64,000 bases of DNA from an uncultured delta proteobacterium (lineage in GTDB: Bacteria > Desulfobacterota > Binatia > Binatales > Binataceae): contig CAVXXK010000001.1 in the NCBI GenBank assembly GCA_963765675.1, positions 2,144,001 through 2,208,000 on the forward strand. The letters run 5' to 3'. Of this stretch, positions 57,259 through 64,000 are shown piece by piece. The translations under genes were made by a program, and so were the position numbers. Under the pieces are notes generated by a model, which was not told the DNA's origin, searched no databases, and was given only the letters and a program-made list of their open reading frames with translations. The first letter of the stretch is position 1. The number at the start of each line of letters is the position of its first letter.

Positions 57259-60200
57259 GTGCTTCGAAGCGTCAAAGATGCGGCCGGCGAAATTCAAGCG
57301 CGGCTCAAGAACGGGAGCGAGCGCCGTTTTCCCGTGATGGGGCTGAAAGGCGCGGCTGGCGTTGTGCTGCTGCGCGAGACCGCGCTCGGCGTTACGCGCC
57401 CGATCGTCGTGGTGACCGCACGCGCGGCCGAGGCCGAGGCGTTCGCGCATGAGGCCGCGTTTTTTCTCGACGAATCCGCTGACGCCGACACTACCCGACG
57501 CCGCGTGCATCATCTGCCCGCGTGGGAGTTGAAGCCGCTCGCGAATCTCTCGCCTGGGTCGGACACGCAGGCTGCGCAGATCGCCGCGATGTTCGCGCTG
57601 CTTCGCACTCCCGCGCCGATCGTGATCACGTCGGTCGAGGCGATGATGACGCGCACGATCCCGCGCGAAATTTTGAACGACTCGATCATCCGCGTCACCG
57701 CGGGCGAGCGGCTCGACCTTGAGCTGCTGGTCGAGGCCCTCGCCAATGCGGGCTATCAGCGGCTGCCGCAGGTCGAGGAGCCGGGCGACTTCAGCGTGCG
57801 CGGCGGAATCGTCGACGTGTTTTCGCCGCTCTACCGCTCGCCGGTCCGGCTCGAGCTGGAAGACGACATGGTCACGTCGATTCGGCGCTTCGATATCGCA
57901 AGCCAGCGCTCGGCGGGTGAGCTGGATGAAGCCACAATCGTGCGCACGCGGCTGGTCGCGCCCGAATCGCTCAAGGACATTCGCGTGCGCGATCGAGCGG
58001 CGGTGCGCGCCGCGGATATCGGGATGGTCCGCAAAGAAGCCGGCGAGCTGGCCGAGACGCTCGAGAACGGCCTGCTCTTTCCGGGCGCGGAATTGTTGAT
58101 GCCCTATGTCTACGGTGCGCCGCTGCAATCGGTCGCCGACTATCTGCCGTCCGACACGGTGCTGTGGCTGGTCGATCCCGGGCGGATTCGAGCCGACGCG
58201 GATCGGTTCGCGACCCGAGTTGCCGAAGAGGCCGCGATCGCAGCGGGCGCGCCCACGATTTTTTCCGGAGCCGGAATCGATGTACCTGTCGGCCGAGGAG
58301 TTCGAGCGCGCGCTGGCGGGCTTCGCCGCGGTTGAGATCGGATCGCTCATCACCGCCGCGCCGCCGCGCGAAGGATGGGCTCCTCCGATCGAGGTTAAAT
58401 CGCAGCCGAGCCTGCGCCTCGCTTCGCCCGAGCTTGTCGGCGCGCGCGCCGCGATCAGTTTCGAACCTCTGGCAGAGCAGCTTCGCGAGGTTCAGCGCGG
58501 ACAGGGCAGGTCGCTGATGATCGTCGAGGGGCCGAACCAGGCGGCGCGCCTGCGGCGTCATCTCGAAGCCTACGATCTGGAAGTGAACACCGAGTGCAAG
58601 ACCTTCGGCGCGCTGCTCGCATGGCCCGATTTCCGTCCCGCGATCATGGAGGGCGAAATCTCGGCGGGCGCCGTTTTGCAGGACGACGGAATCTATCTTT
58701 ACAGCGAGGAAGAGATTTTCGGCGAGCCGCGCGCGCGCCGGAAGCATCGCCCGACCGCCAAAGGCGCGATGCTGAATCTCGCGGAGCTCAAGCCCGACGA
58801 CATCGTCGTGCATATCGATCACGGAATCGGGCGCTACCGAGGGCTGAAGCATCTGAAGGTCGCCGACGTCGAGGGCGATTTCCTGAACCTCGAGTACGCC
58901 GGCAACGACACGATGTATGTACCGGTCGAGCGAATTAACCTGGTCCAGCGCTATATCGGCAGCGACAGCGAGGCGCCTCGCCTGGACAAGCTCGGCAGCG
59001 GCTCGTGGGAGAAGGTCAAGCGGCGCACGCGGCAGGCGGTGCTCGCGATGGCGTCGGAGCTGCTCGAAATTTACGCCGCGCGCGAAGTCCTTGAGGGCCA
59101 CGCGTTTCCGCATCCGGGCCGCGACTATCATGAGTTCGCGGATCGATTCGAATTCGAGGAAACGCCCGACCAGCAGGCCGCGATCGACGACGTGATTCGT
59201 GACCTGACGCGCGCCAAGCCCATGGATCGCCTGATCTGTGGCGACGCGGGCTTCGGCAAGACGGAGGTCGCGATGCGCGCCGCGTTTATCGCGGTGATGG
59301 ACGGGCGGCAGGTCGCGGTGCTGGTGCCGACCACGATTCTGGCCGAGCAGCATTGGAACACGATGCGCAAGCGGTTCGAAGAGCTTCCGGTGCGGGTCGA
59401 GATGATTTCGCGCTTCCGCAGCGCGAAGGAGAACAAGGCGGTTATCGACGACGTCGCGCGTGGCAAGGTCGATATCGTCGTCGGAACGCATCGCCTGCTC
59501 TCGGCCGACGTCAACGTTCCGCGCCTGGGCCTGCTGATTATCGACGAGGAGCATCGTTTCGGCGTGGCCGACAAGGAGAGGATCAAGAAGCTCAAGAAGA
59601 TGGTGCCGGTGCTGACGATGACTGCGACGCCGATTCCGCGCACGCTGCACATGGCGATGCTGGGAATCCGCGACCTGTCGGTGATTCAGACCGCGCCGCC
59701 CGATCGCCAGCAGATTCGTACTTTCGTCGCGCATTTCGACGACAGCCTGATTCGCGACGTGATCATGCGCGAGCTCAACCGCGGCGGGCAGGTGTTCTTC
59801 GTTCACAACCGCGTCGAGAATATCGAGTACATGGCGCGCCATCTCCATACCCTCATTCCCGAAGCGAAGATCGCGGTCGCGCACGGCCAGATGCACGAGA
59901 AGAAGCTCGAAGACGTGATGCGCGGATTTATCGAGAACCGGGTGAACGTGCTGGTGTGCTCGGCGATTATCGAGTCCGGCCTCGACATCCCGAACGCGAA
60001 TACGATGATCATCAACCGCGCCGATCATTTCGGGCTGGCGCAGCTCTACCAGTTGCGCGGACGCGTCGGGCGCTCGCGCCAGAAGGCGTTCGCGTATTTG
60101 CTGATTCCGGGCGAGCACATCATCACGCGCGACGCCAAGCGGCGTATCGACGCGCTGCGCGAGCTGGTTGACGCGGAGACAGGCAGCGGGTTCAAACTCG

Positions 60201-60841
60201 CGATGGCGGACCTGGAGCATCGGGGGGCCGGCAATCTACTCGGGCGCGAGCAGCATGGCGAGATCGAGGCGGTCGGCTTCGAGCTCTATACCGAGATGAT
60301 GGAGCAGGCGATCGCCGAGCTTCGCGGCGAGGAGCGGCGGCCCGATTTCGAGCCTGAGCTGAAGCTCGGAATTCCCGCCTACATTCCCGAGACCTACGTG
60401 CCCGACGAGAACGAGCGCTTGGTGCTCTACCGCAGGTTTGCACGCGCCGAGTCCGAGCAGGATCTCGCCGAGTTGAAAGATGAGATGCGCGACCGCTTTG
60501 GTCCGGTGCCGACTCTGATCGATAATCTGGTCGCGGCGATGAACGTGCGGCGGCAGATGCGGCTTCTGCTGATCGTCAGCGCGATCCTGAAGGGCAATCA
60601 GCTCGAGGTGCGGTTTCATCCCGACGCGCCGGTCGATACCGCCAAGCTCGCTGCGATGGCCGAAGCGAATCGGCGCACGATGAAACTGACGCCGTCGTTC
60701 CAGGTTCTGGTGCGAATCGAGACCGCGGCGGGCGAATACGAGCGCCTGTTTGCGCAGGTCGACGGCGTCTTGCAGGCGTTGGCGGGCTGTGAAAAATTGG
60801 ACAACTGGCCGGTAGGTCACGCAGGACCGGCTCCCAACTAG
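57259..60841 (+). CDS. mfd: transcription-repair coupling factor Mfd (apparent +1 frameshift near 58244-58264)
   Basis: GDFSVRGGIVDVF and FDIASQRS in the first frame; VVHIDHGIG, GDAGFGKTE, DEEHRFGV, TATPIPRT and QLRGRVGR in the second. Confidence 0.93.
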
Positions 60842-60845
60842 ATTC

Positions 60846-61829
60846 ATGCGGATCTTTATCTCGGCGAATGTCATTCGCGCCGGTACGCTTGGCGCCGTGC
60901 TCGCGCTTTTCCTGTGCGTGGCGGCACCCGCCTCGGCGCAGCAATCGGTCGATCGCGTCGTTGCCAGCGTTGACGGCGATCCGATTACCGCGCATGACGT
61001 GCAGGCGTTCAGCGTCGCGATCGGGCGTCCGGTTACTACTGACGATATCGCGAACAATCCGGAAGCGAAGCTGATGCTCAAGGAGCTGATTGCGGCCAAG
61101 CTGTTCCAGAACGAAGCGCAGAAGTATTCGGACAAGATCGACGACGCGCAGGTCGATCGTTACGTCGATCAGCTCCGGCAAGACCGGCACATGACGCCCG
61201 ATCAGTTCAAGGACGCGATCGCTCAGAGCGGAATGAGCATGCACGATTTCCGCAAACACGCCCGCGAAGAGCTCGAAAAGGCAATGATGATCCAGCAGCA
61301 GGTCCGCGACCGGGTTGATATCTCCAACGCGGATATCCAGACCTACTATGATCAACATCCGGACGAGTTCACGATTACAAAAGAGCGCTACCGCCTGTCG
61401 CAGATCCTGATAGGAACTCCCGCCAACGCGACTCCGCAACAGATCGCGCAGCTTAAGAACAAAGCCCAGCAGCTAAGAAGTGAAGCCGCCAAGGGCGCGG
61501 ACTTTGGCGAGCTGGCGCACAAATACTCCGACGACGTTTCCAAGAATAACGCCGGAGAGCTCGGATGGTTCGAGCCGCAGGACATCATGGACCAGATTCT
61601 GGCTGCGATTAAGACGGTCAAGCCCGGCGATGTCTCCCAGGTCGTCCAGACCAGCCATGGCTTCCATATTTTGAAGGTTGAAGCTCACGAGGTTCCCGGA
61701 GTTCGTCCGCTCTCCGACGTCAAGGACGTGATCCGTGAAAAGCTGATCGACGAAAAGGCCAAGGCGGAAACCCAGGAGTGGGTCGAGACCCAGTTGGTTA
61801 AACAACACGACGTCGAGACGCTGTACTAG
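60846..61829 (+). CDS. surA: SurA-family periplasmic chaperone / parvulin PPIase
   Basis: VDRVVASVDG.PIT, QILI, F.ELA.KYS, GELGW and GFHILKV; mfd-surA-pdxA synteny. Confidence 0.85.
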   Translation: MRIFISANVIRAGTLGAVLALFLCVAAPASAQQSVDRVVASVDGDPITAHDVQAFSVAIGRPVTTDDIANNPEAKLMLKELIAAKLFQNEAQKYSDKIDDAQVDRYVDQLRQDRHMTPDQFKDAIAQSGMSMHDFRKHAREELEKAMMIQQQVRDRVDISNADIQTYYDQHPDEFTITKERYRLSQILIGTPANATPQQIAQLKNKAQQLRSEAAKGADFGELAHKYSDDVSKNNAGELGWFEPQDIMDQILAAIKTVKPGDVSQVVQTSHGFHILKVEAHEVPGVRPLSDVKDVIREKLIDEKAKAETQEWVETQLVKQHDVETLY

Positions 61830-61834
61830 GTTTG

Positions 61835-62854
61835 ATGGCGCCGCGAGCAAAGGCGCACCCCCTCATCGCTATCAGCATGGGCGATCCGGCGGGAATTGGC
61901 GCGGAGGTGATCCTGAAATCGGCGGCGCGGTTCGCGTCACGGCGCGACGCTCCGGCGCTGGTCGTCGTGGGCGACTTGAACGTGATGACAGAGACCGCGC
62001 GCCGTCTGCATTCCCGGATTCAGCCGCGCGCATGGAATCCGGATGAACCCGCGCCGAGCGGCCGCAATCTCAGGGTGATCACGCGCAAGCCTCTGAGCGC
62101 TCGGGGGCGGCGCGTCGGAAAGCCCTCGATCGAGGGCGGCGATGCGTCGTTCGGCTACGTCGTCGAGGGCGCGAAGATGGCGCTCGGCGGCGCGGTCGAC
62201 GCCCTCGTGACGGCTCCGATCAGCAAGCAATGGTGGGATCGCGCGGGGCATCGCTATCCCGGCCATTCGGAGCTGCTGGCGCATCTCGGGCGAGCGCGGC
62301 GATGGCGCATGATGTTCGCCGGGGATCATTTGAAGCTCGCGCTGGTGACGGTGCATATGGGTCTCGCCGGCGTATCGAAGAAGCTCACGCGGGCGGCAGT
62401 GCTCGACACAATCGTGCTGCTTCGCGACCATATGCGTGCGCGGCTCGGAGTTGCGCGGCCGCGAATCGGAGTGCTGGGATTTAATCCGCATGCGGGCGAA
62501 GACGGACTATTTGGAAAAGAGGAGATTCGCGTGATCGAGCCGGCGATCGCGGCGGCGCGGCGCGCCGGAATCGACGCGTTCGGGCCGCTTGCGCCCGATA
62601 CTGCTTTTATCCGCACGCGCGGACGTTTCGGTTTCGACGCGGCGGTGGCAATGTACCATGATCAGGGCTTGATTGCGCTCAAGACCCTGGAGTTTGATCG
62701 CGCGGTGAATGTCACTTTGGGGATTCCATTTATCCGCACCTCGCCCGACCACGGCACCGCGTTCGCCATTGCGGGCAAGGGCGCGGCCAGTCCCTCAAGC
62801 ATGCTGGCGGCAATCGAATACGCGGCGGCGGCGGCGCGCAGCCGCAAGGACTGA
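61835..62854 (+). CDS. pdxA: 4-hydroxythreonine-4-phosphate dehydrogenase
   Basis: [32 protein letters not shown] and [10 protein letters not shown]. Confidence 0.95.
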   Translation: MAPRAKAHPLIAISMGDPAGIGAEVILKSAARFASRRDAPALVVVGDLNVMTETARRLHSRIQPRAWNPDEPAPSGRNLRVITRKPLSARGRRVGKPSIEGGDASFGYVVEGAKMALGGAVDALVTAPISKQWWDRAGHRYPGHSELLAHLGRARRWRMMFAGDHLKLALVTVHMGLAGVSKKLTRAAVLDTIVLLRDHMRARLGVARPRIGVLGFNPHAGEDGLFGKEEIRVIEPAIAAARRAGIDAFGPLAPDTAFIRTRGRFGFDAAVAMYHDQGLIALKTLEFDRAVNVTLGIPFIRTSPDHGTAFAIAGKGAASPSSMLAAIEYAAAAARSRKD

Positions 62855-62869
62855 ACGGCACGAATCGCG

Positions 62870-64000
<1,131 letters not shown>

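Noticed and set aside
58244-58266. Programmed +1 frameshift in mfd at the T6 run
   Set aside because: I know of no recoding in mfd, and the other breaks in the window are also +1, so sequencing error is more likely.

Overview
GC-rich (roughly 65% by eye) bacterial chromosomal window with about 50 protein-coding genes and no rRNA, tRNA, CRISPR array, integrase or transposase that I can see. The gene content suggests Candidatus Binatia/Binatota or a related deltaproteobacteria-like lineage (inference): two DUF1329 paralogues, LLM oxidoreductases, an amidohydrolase, a DUF507 pair, DUF4911 and a GAF-PtsP. The left half is mostly accessory envelope, redox and catabolic genes. The right half is mostly housekeeping: tatBC, ptsP, cyaY, CIRCE-groES-groEL, aroF, ldcA-serine hydrolase-mpl, mfd-surA-pdxA-uvrA. 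Main observations: (1) a tandem pair of FHA-TM-CAP-Ig-like membrane proteins with progressively degenerate FHA phosphothreonine pockets; (2) a 17-bp palindrome shared between the hxlR/qor divergon and the region upstream of a DUF1329 gene that also has a sigma54-type promoter; (3) at least four families of intergenic palindromic repeats, some duplicated as 80-320 bp units; (4) a Get3/ArsA-like ATPase pair near a phasin-like gene; (5) an 82-aa Cys/His-rich putative zinc-binding protein; (6) five apparent frameshifts that are all +1, most likely sequencing insertions. All family assignments come from motif recognition by eye; no database search was run.
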